In this document: piece by piece, positions 1 to 9,400 of the stretch | How positions within the stretch are numbered: the stretch's first letter is position 1 | How the letters are laid out: the number at the start of each line of letters is the position of its first letter | Assembly (NCBI GenBank): GCA_043768465.1 | Contig: JAYVKL010000045.1 | Location: forward strand, 342 to 64,341 | Direction: 5' to 3' | DNA: 64,000 nucleotides | Source of the DNA: Pyrinomonadaceae bacterium | GTDB taxonomy: Bacteria > Acidobacteriota > Blastocatellia > Pyrinomonadales > Pyrinomonadaceae | Translations under genes and position numbers: made by a program | The notes under the pieces: model-generated | Seen by the model: the letters and a program-made list of their open reading frames with translations, nothing else | Database searches by the model: none | Told to the model about the DNA's origin: nothing

Positions 1-256
1 GTCATTTTCGCCCGCAGGAATCGGTTCCAGAGATGAAAAAGCCCTTTTTTTCGCAACCGATGTCGGAGGCGTAGTTGAATTTTATCCGTCAAAGCGAACG
101 GTTTTGCGTTTTGACATCGGCGACACGATCATCGTTTACAAAGCCGGTATCCAGCCCAAACAGTTTAATCCGGGCTTTACGCGCCACACTTTTCAATTCA
201 GCACCGGCTTCGGTTTTCGCTTTTGAGATCGTCAAGCCCGCGCTCGATAAAATGTT

Positions 257-1402
257 ATGAACAAATTTAGAAAATGGTTTCTTATCGTCTTTATCAGTTT
301 GTTTTCTCTCGACGGTTTCGCTCAAAATCCGTCGCCGACTCCGCCAGACGAACGGATCAATGTTTTGACCGAGGAAGTTCGGCTGAACGTCTCGGCGCAG
401 TCTGCCGACGGGCGGTTTGTGCCGACGCTGCGAGCGGACGATTTGCTGATCGTCGAGAGCGGCGACCCGCAGACGATCACGAGTATCAAGCGCGTTCCCG
501 CCAATGTTTTGCTTTTGCTGGATGCGGGCGGCGAACCGAATTTCGTTAAAAACGCCGCGACGACGCGCATCACGGCGAAGATCGTCGTCGGAAATCTTGC
601 GCCGACCGACACTTTTGCCGTGATGCAGTATAACGACAAAATCGAAACACTGGTGGATTGGACGGCTAAAGGGGCGTTCGATTTATCGAACTTGGACAAT
701 AAACTTTTAAGCGGCAAGCGGTCACGTTTTTCGGAAGCATTGAACGCGGCGGTCAACGCCTTCAAATCGCGCCCTTCGGAAAATCGTCAGTTAGTTCTGA
801 TTACGGACGGCACGGAAAGCGTCGCCGACGAAGCCGAACAGCAGAAAGCCTTGCAAAATCTGCTCGCCGCCAATATCACCGTTCACGTCATCGGCTATAC
901 GCAGCTCGAAGAACAAAAAGCGCAGCAGGCGACGCAGAGAATCAAGCTCAACAAAGAGAAAACGCAGCCGCGGCTTCCCGATTATATTATCGAGCCGCTT
1001 TTGCAGATTTTGCCGGAAACCGAACACAATAAAGCGCGAACCATTTTGAAAACGATGAACGAATCGCGGCGCATCGTCATCATCCAATTCGACAACGCGA
1101 TGATCAAAGTCGTGCGGCGCAGGTGGGCGGCGTGGCGATTGAGCGAGCCGAGGCTGCAAGGCTTAGCCGACGATTCGGGCGGCGTTTTTCTCGCTCCCGA
1201 ATCAATCGAATCAATGTGGAAATTTGCATCGGAAGTCGCCCGCATCATCGGTTCGCAATACGTCGTTACCTACACGCCGAAAAAAGCCATCGCCGATTCG
1301 CCGAAAAATAATCCGCGAAAGGTGCGCGTCAGTTCGCACTGCGACGGCGTGCAGATTCGTTCGAGACAAAAGATTTACACCGACTTCGGTAAATTGAATT
1401 AA
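257..1402 (+). CDS. Secreted VWA (von Willebrand factor A) domain protein
   Basis: 381-aa ORF with an N-terminal signal peptide (MNKFRKWFLIVFISLFSLDGFAQ). VWA-type core (VLLLLDAGG ... QLVLITDGTES ... VHVIGY). Same architecture as the ORF at 26541-27743. Confidence 0.75.
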   Translation: MNKFRKWFLIVFISLFSLDGFAQNPSPTPPDERINVLTEEVRLNVSAQSADGRFVPTLRADDLLIVESGDPQTITSIKRVPANVLLLLDAGGEPNFVKNAATTRITAKIVVGNLAPTDTFAVMQYNDKIETLVDWTAKGAFDLSNLDNKLLSGKRSRFSEALNAAVNAFKSRPSENRQLVLITDGTESVADEAEQQKALQNLLAANITVHVIGYTQLEEQKAQQATQRIKLNKEKTQPRLPDYIIEPLLQILPETEHNKARTILKTMNESRRIVIIQFDNAMIKVVRRRWAAWRLSEPRLQGLADDSGGVFLAPESIESMWKFASEVARIIGSQYVVTYTPKKAIADSPKNNPRKVRVSSHCDGVQIRSRQKIYTDFGKLN

Positions 1403-1429
1403 CTCGTATTCGATGCGAAACAGAGATTA

Positions 1430-1467
1430 AAAAAAGCGGACGTTTGTAATCAACGTCCGCTTTTTTT
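1430..1467. terminator. Bidirectional rho-independent terminator between convergent genes
   Basis: aaaaaagcggacg-tttgtaatcaa-cgtccgcttttttt: GC-rich stem flanked by an A-run and a T-run. Lies between the VWA stop (1402) and the PpiD-like stop (1486). Confidence 0.75.
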
Positions 1468-1485
1468 GATCGGATTATTTGACTT

Positions 1486-3552
1486 CTATTTCGCCGGAGC
1501 CTGCTGCTGCGACTGTTTTTGAAGCTGCTCCTGAATTTGCTTTTGAAGCTCCGGCGGAATTTTCGATTGCGACGGCGATTTCGGAGCGTCGGAATCCGCC
1601 TCGTCCGCCGTGTCGAGTTTCGCCAGCACGTCCTGATAAATCACGATGTCTTTTTTCGCTTCCATCTCGCGCTTGACCGATGCCAGATAATCGGTAAAAA
1701 TTCGACCGCGTTTTTCCGACACTTTCTGCTCGACGAGTCGGTCGCGCTCTTTGGCGAAATCTTCCGTTTTCGCTTCTTGGCGGCTGTTGACTCCGATGAT
1801 ATAAAAATTATCGCCAATCTTGATCGGCGTTTTGGTGACTTCGCCCGTTTTCAGCGCGTAAACCGCGTCTTCCAACGCCGACGAGGTTGCCGCGCTCGGA
1901 CCGTTCCCAAGCGGCGAGCCTAAAATAAAAGTTTTCGCGTCCTGCGCCTTCAAACCTCTGCTCTGCGCGGCGGCTGACAGATTCGCCGCCGAAGCTGCAC
2001 CCGAAGCGATTTCTTTGGCGATTATTTCGACTTTGGCTTGCGCCTGCTGAATCTTCAAGGTTTCGGCGACCTGCGACTTTACTTCGTCAAACTCGGCATC
2101 GCGCGGCTCGCGTTTTTCCACCAGCAGCGGAATCGCAAAACCGTTTTGAATCGGTGTCTTTTCGCCGACATCGTTCGGATTATTCAAATTGGCGATGCCT
2201 TCTTCAAACTGCGGCGAGTTGCCGACGTTTTCCACCGTGTCGCCCGGTTTGACGAAGCCGGTTTCGCGCACCATATCTTTCGCGCTTAGATTCGCCTGCG
2301 CCGCAAACTCTTCCGCCGTTTTCTGGACATCTTTGGTCTCCTTTAAACGGTCATCAATTTTCTGCGCGAGTTCGGCGGCGGCGGCGTAGCCTTTGCGATT
2401 TCTGAGGGAAACTTCAATCTCTTTTTTCGCGGCTTCAAAAGTTTTCGGAACGGCTTCGCCGCGCCGCAGAATAAAGTATCTGTTTTCGTATTTGATCGGC
2501 TCGGTTACTTCGCCCGGCTGCATCGCCAGCAGTTTCTGATATGGATCATTCGGATTCTGTTTGTTTTCCTTGACCAAACCCGCCAATTTGCCGCCTCTGG
2601 CTTTACTCGCCGCGTCTTCCGAATAACCGTTGACGAGCTGCGTAAAGGCTTCTTCGGAAATCGTGTCGCCGTCTTTTTTAGCTTGCGTCGCAATGTCGTT
2701 GGCTTTCTGCGCGATTTGCGCTTCGAGTTCCGGCTTCGGGATTCTGAGAACGATTTGCTGTCCTTCGACACCGGCTTGTTTTTTATCCGCCGGGATATTG
2801 GCGAACTCGCTTTGCAGTTCCGCGTCGGTCAAAGGGATTTTTTCGCCGAGCTTCGACGTGTTGACGAAAATATAGCGAATCTTTTTCTGCGGCGAATTGA
2901 TGTAATAATTTTTCTTGTTCTGCTCAAAGTAGGTTTTCAGTTCCTCATCGGACGGTTTGATATTCTGCGCCACATCGGTCGAAGTCACGGGAACGTAAGT
3001 TAGATCGAATTTGCTGTTTTTGCGCTGGTAATCTTCCAGAACTTCCTGTTCGGAAACGCTTGCGCCCGATGTGACGAAGGCTTCGAGTTTTTGCGAAGAC
3101 AGATAATCGCGGACGGCTTCTTCATATTTCTGAACGCTCCCGTTTTGTTCAGTCACATTCTGCTCGTAACGCTGCTGATCAAACGGCTTGCCGTCGGTTG
3201 ATTTGAATTGTTTGCGGATAAAACCCGCCACTTCCGCATCAGTCGTCGTCAATCCCAGACGCGCCGCTTCGACGCGCATCAGACGGTCGCGGACGAGTTG
3301 GTCAATCAACAATTTGCTCGGTGTCGGTCGCCCGCCGCGACTCATATTTTCCTGCTGCAACGCGGCATCGCCGAGCGTCACTCTTTCGCCGCCGACTTTC
3401 GCCGCCGTCTCTTCGCTGCGCGTCAAACCGCCGGAGGCGACGTTGCGGCTCGAAGGAGCGTAGAAAAACACCAAACTCGCCGCCATCAAAATGGCGAAAC
3501 CCAAAATGAAGAAATTGCGCGTTTTCTCTAAACGACTGAAAAACTTTAACAT
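1486..3552 (-). CDS. PpiD-like periplasmic chaperone / parvulin-type peptidyl-prolyl isomerase, membrane anchored
   Basis: 688-aa ORF. N-terminal single TM helix (FFILGFAILMAASLVFFYA), SurA-N-like region, degenerate parvulin segment and a long acidic/Gln-rich tail. Confidence 0.7.
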   Translation of the reverse strand: MLKFFSRLEKTRNFFILGFAILMAASLVFFYAPSSRNVASGGLTRSEETAAKVGGERVTLGDAALQQENMSRGGRPTPSKLLIDQLVRDRLMRVEAARLGLTTTDAEVAGFIRKQFKSTDGKPFDQQRYEQNVTEQNGSVQKYEEAVRDYLSSQKLEAFVTSGASVSEQEVLEDYQRKNSKFDLTYVPVTSTDVAQNIKPSDEELKTYFEQNKKNYYINSPQKKIRYIFVNTSKLGEKIPLTDAELQSEFANIPADKKQAGVEGQQIVLRIPKPELEAQIAQKANDIATQAKKDGDTISEEAFTQLVNGYSEDAASKARGGKLAGLVKENKQNPNDPYQKLLAMQPGEVTEPIKYENRYFILRRGEAVPKTFEAAKKEIEVSLRNRKGYAAAAELAQKIDDRLKETKDVQKTAEEFAAQANLSAKDMVRETGFVKPGDTVENVGNSPQFEEGIANLNNPNDVGEKTPIQNGFAIPLLVEKREPRDAEFDEVKSQVAETLKIQQAQAKVEIIAKEIASGAASAANLSAAAQSRGLKAQDAKTFILGSPLGNGPSAATSSALEDAVYALKTGEVTKTPIKIGDNFYIIGVNSRQEAKTEDFAKERDRLVEQKVSEKRGRIFTDYLASVKREMEAKKDIVIYQDVLAKLDTADEADSDAPKSPSQSKIPPELQKQIQEQLQKQSQQQAPAK

Positions 3553-3711
3553 CTTTTATTTTCCTAATTTTTACCGATTGAAATTTATAGATTGGACAAA
3601 GCGTGTATTTTATCCAAATTTTCCGGCAAAGTCCAAAGCGTAACGGTTTGATGCCCGAATCGGATGATTTGAAACCTTGCAATCTCGACTTAAACATCTA
3701 AAATGTGAGAG

Positions 3712-5058
3712 ATGAATTTTTTAACGACTGCCGAACAACTGAAGAACGAATTAGATGAATTGCGCCCGCTCGACGCGGAAGCCGAAGCCGGAATTATGCA
3801 GAAATTCCGGCTCGACTGGAATTATCACTCGAACAATCTCGAAGGCAATTCGCTGACTTACGGCGAGACGAAAGCCTTGATTTTGTTCGGCATCACGGCG
3901 CAGGGCAAGCCGCTCAAAGATCATTTTGAAATCACCGGACACAACGAAGCGATCAACTGGATTCTGGAAATCGTCAAGGGAGAAACTGTTTTGACCGAAG
4001 CGTTTATCCGCCAACTGCACACGCTTCTGCTCAAAGAATCAAGTTGCAAAGAAGCCTTAACGCCCGAAGGAAAACCGACGCGCCGCAAAATCGAAGTCGG
4101 CAAATACAAAACGCAGCCGAATCACGTTATCACCGTTACGGGCGAAACTTTCTACCTTGCCACTCCAGAGGAAACTCCGGCGAAAATGCACGATTTACTC
4201 GAATGGTTTAGAAAGGAAAAAGAGAAAGCAACCGTCAATCCGGTAATTTTAGCCGCGCTTTTTCATTACCACTTCATTCGCATTCACCCGTTCGACGACG
4301 GCAACAGCAGAGTCGCCAGAATTTTAATGAACTTTGTCCTAATGCAGTTCGGCTATCCGCCCGCAATTATCAAAACCGAAGACAAAGAAAATTATTACGC
4401 CGTTTTGCGCCTCGCCGATGCGGACGAACTTGAGCCTTTTATCGAATATATCGCACAAAACCTTACTCGTTCGCTTGAGATTATGATCCGCGGCGCGAAG
4501 GGCGAGAATATCGAAGAGCCTGACGATTTGGATAAAGAGTTGGCTTTGCTGGAAAGAAATATTAGGGCAATCGGAAAAAAAATTGAGATACAAAAAGACA
4601 AACCCGTTGTTTTAAAAATTTTTGACAATTCAATTACCCCTTTAGCCAACGAGTTTTTTGTTCAATTCAGAGTATTTGATAAGTTTTATTTAGAGAATCA
4701 CGCCCGGATAATTCTCAACAATAAAGCAGTTCTTGGAGAGTATGACAATGCTCCTCATTATGCGAAAAAAGAATTGGAGGAATCACCAAACGCCAATTTC
4801 AGTGAAATTGAACTTGTCTATTCGAGTAATTATTTTAATCAAGATGGTTTTGGACATTTTAACTATGAATCTAAATTAGTTGTTTATCTTGAGCAGACGG
4901 GTTATAAAATTGCTGACAAGGAGAGAAAACTGATTTATGAAAAACTTTATTCTGAACAATTAAGTGTGGAAGAAATACAAAGCATTATTTCAGACGAAAA
5001 AAGAAAACACATTGAAGTTATACAAAATCGATATGAACGAGCAATGAGAAAAACTTAA
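3712..5058 (+). CDS. Fic family protein (putative AMPylase) with N-terminal inhibitory motif and an unassigned C-terminal extension
   Basis: Fic active-site loop HPFDDGNSRVARIL. The upstream SNNLEG matches the (S/T)xxxE(G/N) auto-inhibition motif. The last ~165 aa (from ~4560) are encoded by visibly AT-rich DNA and have no motif I recognise. Confidence 0.85.
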   Translation: MNFLTTAEQLKNELDELRPLDAEAEAGIMQKFRLDWNYHSNNLEGNSLTYGETKALILFGITAQGKPLKDHFEITGHNEAINWILEIVKGETVLTEAFIRQLHTLLLKESSCKEALTPEGKPTRRKIEVGKYKTQPNHVITVTGETFYLATPEETPAKMHDLLEWFRKEKEKATVNPVILAALFHYHFIRIHPFDDGNSRVARILMNFVLMQFGYPPAIIKTEDKENYYAVLRLADADELEPFIEYIAQNLTRSLEIMIRGAKGENIEEPDDLDKELALLERNIRAIGKKIEIQKDKPVVLKIFDNSITPLANEFFVQFRVFDKFYLENHARIILNNKAVLGEYDNAPHYAKKELEESPNANFSEIELVYSSNYFNQDGFGHFNYESKLVVYLEQTGYKIADKERKLIYEKLYSEQLSVEEIQSIISDEKRKHIEVIQNRYERAMRKT

Positions 5059-5061
5059 TTC

Positions 5062-7071
5062 TCAACCGACCATTTCTTTAAATTCATCCTCGCTCAAAAC
5101 TTTTACGCCGAAAATTTCGGCTTTCGTCAATTTTGAACCCGCGTCCGAACCGGCAACGACGTAATCGGTTTTTTTGCTGACCGACGACGAAACGCGCCCG
5201 CCGCGTTCTTCGATGATTTTCGCGGCATCGTCGCGCGTCAATCGTTCGAGCTTTCCGGTCAGCACGAAAATTTTGCCGGCGAAATTTCCGTTTGAGTTTG
5301 CCGAGACATCGCCGTCAATTTCCGTTTTCACGCCCGCGGTTTTTAGTCTCTCGATTGTTTCGAGACTTTTCGGACGGCGGAAAAAATTATAAACCGAAAC
5401 GGCAACGGCTAATCCGATTTCGTGAATCGCGTCGAGTTCTTCAACCGACGCGGCGGCGAGATTTTCAATGTTTCTAAAGTTCCGCGCCAGGATTTTCGCA
5501 TAGCGTTCGCCGACGTGCCGAATGTCCAAACCGTAAAGTAATCGCTGCAAGCCGCGCGTTTTCGACAATTCGATTTGTTCGATCAGTTTCGTCGCCGATT
5601 TTTCGGCTTTGCGTTCGAGCGCGGCGATTTGCTCGAACGTCAAATCGTATAAATCGGCAACGGTTTTCGCCATTCCCAAATCTACCAGCGTCTCGACTAA
5701 AACATCGCCCAAACCTTCGATGTCCATCGCCTTCCGCGCCGCGAAAAAAAGAATTCGCGCTTTGATTTTCGCCGGACAATCGTCGTTCGAGCAGCGCGTT
5801 ACCGATTCACCAAGCGGGCGCACTGCCGGAAAGCGACAGACGGGACAAATTTTCGGAAACTCGTATTCGGTTTCCGTGCCGTCGCGTTTCGATTCGATCA
5901 CCTGCAAAATCTGCGGAATAATCTCGCCGGATTTTTCGATTAAAACCCAATCGCCGATCTTCAAATCAAGTCGTTTGATTTCGTCTTCGTTGTGCAGACT
6001 CGCCCGCGCCACGGTCGTTCCGGCGAGCGTCACCGGCGTTAGATAGGCGACCGGAGTCAACGCGCCGGTTCTGCCGACTTGAATATTTATCGCTTCGAGC
6101 CGCGTCGTCGCCTGCACCGCCGGATATTTATACGCGATTGCCCAGCGCGGAGCTTTCGTCGTCGCGCCGAATTCCTGCTGCAACTGCGTTTGATTGATTT
6201 TGACGACCACGCCGTCAATTTCGTAGTCGAGCGCGTCCCGAAGCGTTTGCATTTTACCGATGAACGCGGCGAGTTCGTCAAAGTTCGCGCACAAAGCGCG
6301 ATGCGGATTAACGTGAAAACTTTTCGCTGTGAGCCATTCAAAAATTTCCCAATGCGTCGGAAATATTTTCGCCGCGCCGCTCAATAAATCATACGGAAAA
6401 ACATCCAAGCCGCGAGATTTAACGACGCTCGAATCGAGTTGCCGCAGCGTTCCCGCCGCGCAGTTGCGCGGGTTGGCGAAAGTTTTTTCGCCCTGCATTT
6501 CCAGTTCGCCGTTGATTTTTTGAAACTGCGAGCGCGGCAGAAAAACTTCGCCGCGCACTTCGACTTGTTCAGGAAAATCGCCGTTTAATTTCAAAGGAAC
6601 CGACCAAATCATTTTGACGTTCGAGAAAACATCGTCGCCGACCGCGCCGTCGCCGCGCGTCGCGCCCGCCACCAAAACGCCGTTTTCGTAATGTAGCGCA
6701 ACCGATAAACCGTCAATTTTAAGTTCGGCGACGTAATCGAATTCGCGTCCGTCCGCTAGTTTCCGACAGCGTTCGTCAAAAGCCTGCAAATCTTCCAGAT
6801 TGTAGGAATTATCGAGCGACATCAACGGAACGCGATGGACAAATGGCTTAAAGCATTCGGCGCGTCCGCCGACTCGCTGCGTCGGACTGTCGGGTGTCAT
6901 CAATTCGGGATTGGCGGTTTCGAGTTCTTTTAGTTCGGAGAGCAGCGCGTCAAACTCCGCATCGGCGATTTCCGGCGCATTGTTTTGATAATAAAGTTCG
7001 TTGTGCCGATTGATTTCATCTCGTAGACTTGCGACCTTGGTTAACGAATTTTTTTCGGCGTGTTCGGGCAT
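5062..7071 (-). CDS. ligA: NAD-dependent DNA ligase
   Basis: 669 aa. Contains the adenylation motif KIDGLS, the Zn-finger Cys cluster (CPVCRF...RCSNDDCPA), HhH repeats and a C-terminal BRCT (FVLTGKL...SVSKKTDYVVAG). Confidence 0.95.
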   Translation of the reverse strand: MPEHAEKNSLTKVASLRDEINRHNELYYQNNAPEIADAEFDALLSELKELETANPELMTPDSPTQRVGGRAECFKPFVHRVPLMSLDNSYNLEDLQAFDERCRKLADGREFDYVAELKIDGLSVALHYENGVLVAGATRGDGAVGDDVFSNVKMIWSVPLKLNGDFPEQVEVRGEVFLPRSQFQKINGELEMQGEKTFANPRNCAAGTLRQLDSSVVKSRGLDVFPYDLLSGAAKIFPTHWEIFEWLTAKSFHVNPHRALCANFDELAAFIGKMQTLRDALDYEIDGVVVKINQTQLQQEFGATTKAPRWAIAYKYPAVQATTRLEAINIQVGRTGALTPVAYLTPVTLAGTTVARASLHNEDEIKRLDLKIGDWVLIEKSGEIIPQILQVIESKRDGTETEYEFPKICPVCRFPAVRPLGESVTRCSNDDCPAKIKARILFFAARKAMDIEGLGDVLVETLVDLGMAKTVADLYDLTFEQIAALERKAEKSATKLIEQIELSKTRGLQRLLYGLDIRHVGERYAKILARNFRNIENLAAASVEELDAIHEIGLAVAVSVYNFFRRPKSLETIERLKTAGVKTEIDGDVSANSNGNFAGKIFVLTGKLERLTRDDAAKIIEERGGRVSSSVSKKTDYVVAGSDAGSKLTKAEIFGVKVLSEDEFKEMVG

Positions 7072-7074
7072 AAT

Positions 7075-7245
7075 CTATAATTTATTTTGGTGATTTTCGT
7101 TTTCATTATCTTGATCCAAATGCGCTTCGGCAAGTTTCCTAATGCCCCTTTGACAGGGTTCGTCAAAACTAATGTTTAATTTATCAGTCAACTTTAAAGC
7201 TCGTTCGTAAGTCTCAACCGGAATATCAATTATAATTTTCTTCAT
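7075..7245 (-). CDS. Possible 56-aa small protein (RHH-like N-terminus), not in the supplied ORF track
   Basis: Hand translation: MKKIIIDIPVETYERALKLTDKLNISFDEPCQRGIRKLAEAHLDQDNENENHQNKL. ATG at 7245 and TAG at 7077-7075, 3 nt upstream of the ligA start. No homology check possible. Confidence 0.3.
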   Translation of the reverse strand: MKKIIIDIPVETYERALKLTDKLNISFDEPCQRGIRKLAEAHLDQDNENENHQNKL

Positions 7246-7344
7246 AATTTAAATTATTTTTCGTTTGTATAAAATCTTAACGAGAAAGTTCCAGTGCAGG
7301 CAATGTCAGGATTGATGTCAAAAATTCCGCTAAACTTCAAGCGA

Positions 7345-7803
7345 TTAATAACGGCGAATCAAGACCACGCCGACCGTAATCAACACCGCGCCGAGAACGC
7401 GAAATAGATTGATCGGTTTTTCGTTCGCGCCGAGCCAGCCGAAATGATCGATCAGCAGAGTTACGAACATCTGCCCGGCAATCGCCAGACTGAAAGCCAG
7501 CGCGACGGAGATGCGCGGAATAATGGTCGCCATCACGGACACGAAAAACGCGCCTAAAAATCCGCCGATTAACGCCACCGGCGGCGCGTTTTTCACCGTC
7601 GCCAAATCGCCGAGCGGAACGCCCGTCAAAATCATATAAACGAACAGCGCGACGGTTCCGATGCTGAAGGAAATGAACGCCGCGAGAATCGGATTGCCAA
7701 CCGAATCCGACAGTTTGCTGTTGACGACCGCCTGCGTCGGCATCGCCATTCCCGCCAGAATCGCTAAAATGATGAAAAAGTAATTGTTGAAAAATGAGGT
7801 CAT
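7345..7803 (-). CDS. DMT-superfamily membrane protein (YdcZ/DUF606-like)
   Basis: 152 aa with 4-5 predicted TM helices. The N-terminal PTQAVVNSKL pattern is typical of DUF606. Confidence 0.7.
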   Translation of the reverse strand: MTSFFNNYFFIILAILAGMAMPTQAVVNSKLSDSVGNPILAAFISFSIGTVALFVYMILTGVPLGDLATVKNAPPVALIGGFLGAFFVSVMATIIPRISVALAFSLAIAGQMFVTLLIDHFGWLGANEKPINLFRVLGAVLITVGVVLIRRY

Positions 7804-7820
7804 TTTTTAATGGATAGTAC

Positions 7821-7932
7821 TTACGCAGTTGAAACATTATTGAACGATTCTTTATTGAAAATAAATGACTTACGGTAAAGTAGCACTTTCCAAAATGCCT
7901 GCAAATCGTTGATTTTTCGTTCAACTGCGTAA
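7821..7932. repeat. Rep-C element copy 1 (TIR TTACGCAGTTGAA ... TTCAACTGCGTAA)
   Basis: 13-nt terminal inverted repeats shared with 33336-33450 and 46007-46128. The interior differs from the other two copies. Confidence 0.7.
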
Positions 7933-7940
7933 CTCCTAAA

Positions 7941-7997
7941 TGGATAATTGATGATTGATAAGTTGATTATCCATTATCCATTATCCATTATCCATTA
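7941..7997. repeat. Imperfect hairpin with tandem heptamer arm (ATTATCC x4 / GGATAAT)
   Basis: tggataattgatgattgataa ... attatccattatccattatccattatcca. The right arm overlaps the guaD stop codon. The same heptamer recurs at 33270-33293. Confidence 0.6.
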
Positions 7998-8471
7998 GTA
8001 TTCTGTTTTATCTTTTTTCGCCGTCCAATTTTTGAATGCCGCTAAACCTTCCGCGCGGAGAAAATTGATACTTTTAATTTTTCTTTTCCCGACGGGTAGA
8101 GCGATTTCCTCGTAAATAAATGAATCGTCGAAACCGGCGTTTGCCGCGTCGGTATGAGTGCAAGCGAAGAAAATTTCTTTTGGTCGCGCCCAGTAAATCG
8201 CGCCCAAACACATCGGACACGGCTCGCACGAAGTGTAGAGAACGCATTCGTCGAGTTGAAAAGATTTGAGTTTCCGGCAAGCGTTTCTGATCGCCACGAT
8301 TTCGGCGTGCGCGGTCGGATCGTTCGTCGAAGTAACCTGATTACAGCCTTCGCCGACGATTTCGCCGCCTTTGACGATGACCGCGCCGAACGGTCCGCCC
8401 GCGCCTCGATCAACGCCGGTTTGCGCCAATTCGATGGCGCGGCGCATAAAATTTTCGTCCTGTTCCGTCAT
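7995..8471 (-). CDS. guaD: Guanine deaminase-type CDA-fold nucleoside deaminase
   Basis: 158 aa. Carries the HAE ... PCPMC zinc motifs. Long near-identical stretches to my memory of B. subtilis GuaD (GGPFGAVIVK, NDPTAHAE, LYTSCEPCPMCLGAIYWARPK, AGFDDSFIY). Confidence 0.8.
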   Translation of the reverse strand: MTEQDENFMRRAIELAQTGVDRGAGGPFGAVIVKGGEIVGEGCNQVTSTNDPTAHAEIVAIRNACRKLKSFQLDECVLYTSCEPCPMCLGAIYWARPKEIFFACTHTDAANAGFDDSFIYEEIALPVGKRKIKSINFLRAEGLAAFKNWTAKKDKTEY

Positions 8472-8478
8472 TCGTCGT

Positions 8479-9345
8479 CTATTGTTTCGGCTTAATTTTT
8501 ATCTCGAAAAGTTTTTTCCAGTTTTTGCCGGTCACGAAAATTCTGTCGCGTTCCGCATCATACGCGATGCCGTTCAGAGTGTTTTCCGGGTCGCGTTCCA
8601 CGTCGTCCGGCGAGATGCCGCCCAAATCAATCCAGCCGAGCAGTTTGCCGGAGGTCGGATCAATCCGCGCGATGTGATTCGGTTTGCCGATTTCTTCGGA
8701 ATGCCAGACGTTCGCCCAAATCTCGCCTTTGATGTATTCGAGTTCATTGATTTTCATCAGAGGTTTGCCGTTTTCATTATTGACGACGATGGTGCGAATC
8801 GTCTTGAAAGTCTCCGGTTCGACGACGCGGATAATGTGCGTTCCATCGCTCATAATCGGATTTTTGCCGTCGTTCGTCAAACCCCAGCCTTCGCCCGCGT
8901 AGCCGAAATTACCGAGCAGTTTGAAAGTCGCCGCATCGTAAATAAAACCGTTGCCTTCCTGCCACGTCATCTGATAAATTTTGCCGTTTAAAACGGTTAT
9001 GCCTTCGCCGAAACTGCTTTTCGCCAGCCCGACTTTCTGCACGACTTTGCCGGTTTCGAGTTCGACTTTTCGCAAATCGGATTTGCCTTCCTGCCCGGTG
9101 CTTTCATACAAAAAACCGTTGTAGAAAAACAATCCTTCGGTGAACGCCGTCGGGTCGTGTTTGAAAGTATTGACGATTTCAAAAGTGTAAACCGGCACTT
9201 TATTATCAGCCGTTTGATTATTCGAGTTCACGGTTTTATTGACGCTGGCGATGTTGCCGGCGTTGACGTTCGTTCGATTTGGCGGCGTTCCGGTTTTGCA
9301 GGAAACAGCGAAAACGGTAAATATAATCAGTAAAAAAAAACGCAT
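8479..9345 (-). CDS. Glutaminyl-peptide cyclotransferase (beta-propeller type), secreted
   Basis: 288 aa with a signal peptide. FTEGLFFYNGFLYESTGQEGKSDLRKVELETGK is the typical bacterial/plant QC signature. Confidence 0.8.
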   Translation of the reverse strand: MRFFLLIIFTVFAVSCKTGTPPNRTNVNAGNIASVNKTVNSNNQTADNKVPVYTFEIVNTFKHDPTAFTEGLFFYNGFLYESTGQEGKSDLRKVELETGKVVQKVGLAKSSFGEGITVLNGKIYQMTWQEGNGFIYDAATFKLLGNFGYAGEGWGLTNDGKNPIMSDGTHIIRVVEPETFKTIRTIVVNNENGKPLMKINELEYIKGEIWANVWHSEEIGKPNHIARIDPTSGKLLGWIDLGGISPDDVERDPENTLNGIAYDAERDRIFVTGKNWKKLFEIKIKPKQ

Positions 9346-9352
9346 ATTGTTT

Positions 9353-9400
9353 TGAGTGGAGAGTCGAGATTTTCAATTCCGTATCTCGACTCTCGACTAT
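9353..9400. repeat. Short hairpin with GAGAGTC/GACTCTC units
   Basis: gagtggagagtcgagat-loop-atctcgactctcgact. The related tract ctctcgactctcgactctcgc sits inside the GT39 CDS at 31404-31429. Confidence 0.55.

Noticed and set aside
89-325. 78-aa minus-strand ORF at the window start (MSETVERKQTDK...)
   Set aside because: Its first 23 codons overlap the signal-peptide-coding start of the well-supported VWA gene (257-1402). No alternative canonical start exists downstream and no motif is recognised. A real small gene with a non-canonical start cannot be excluded.
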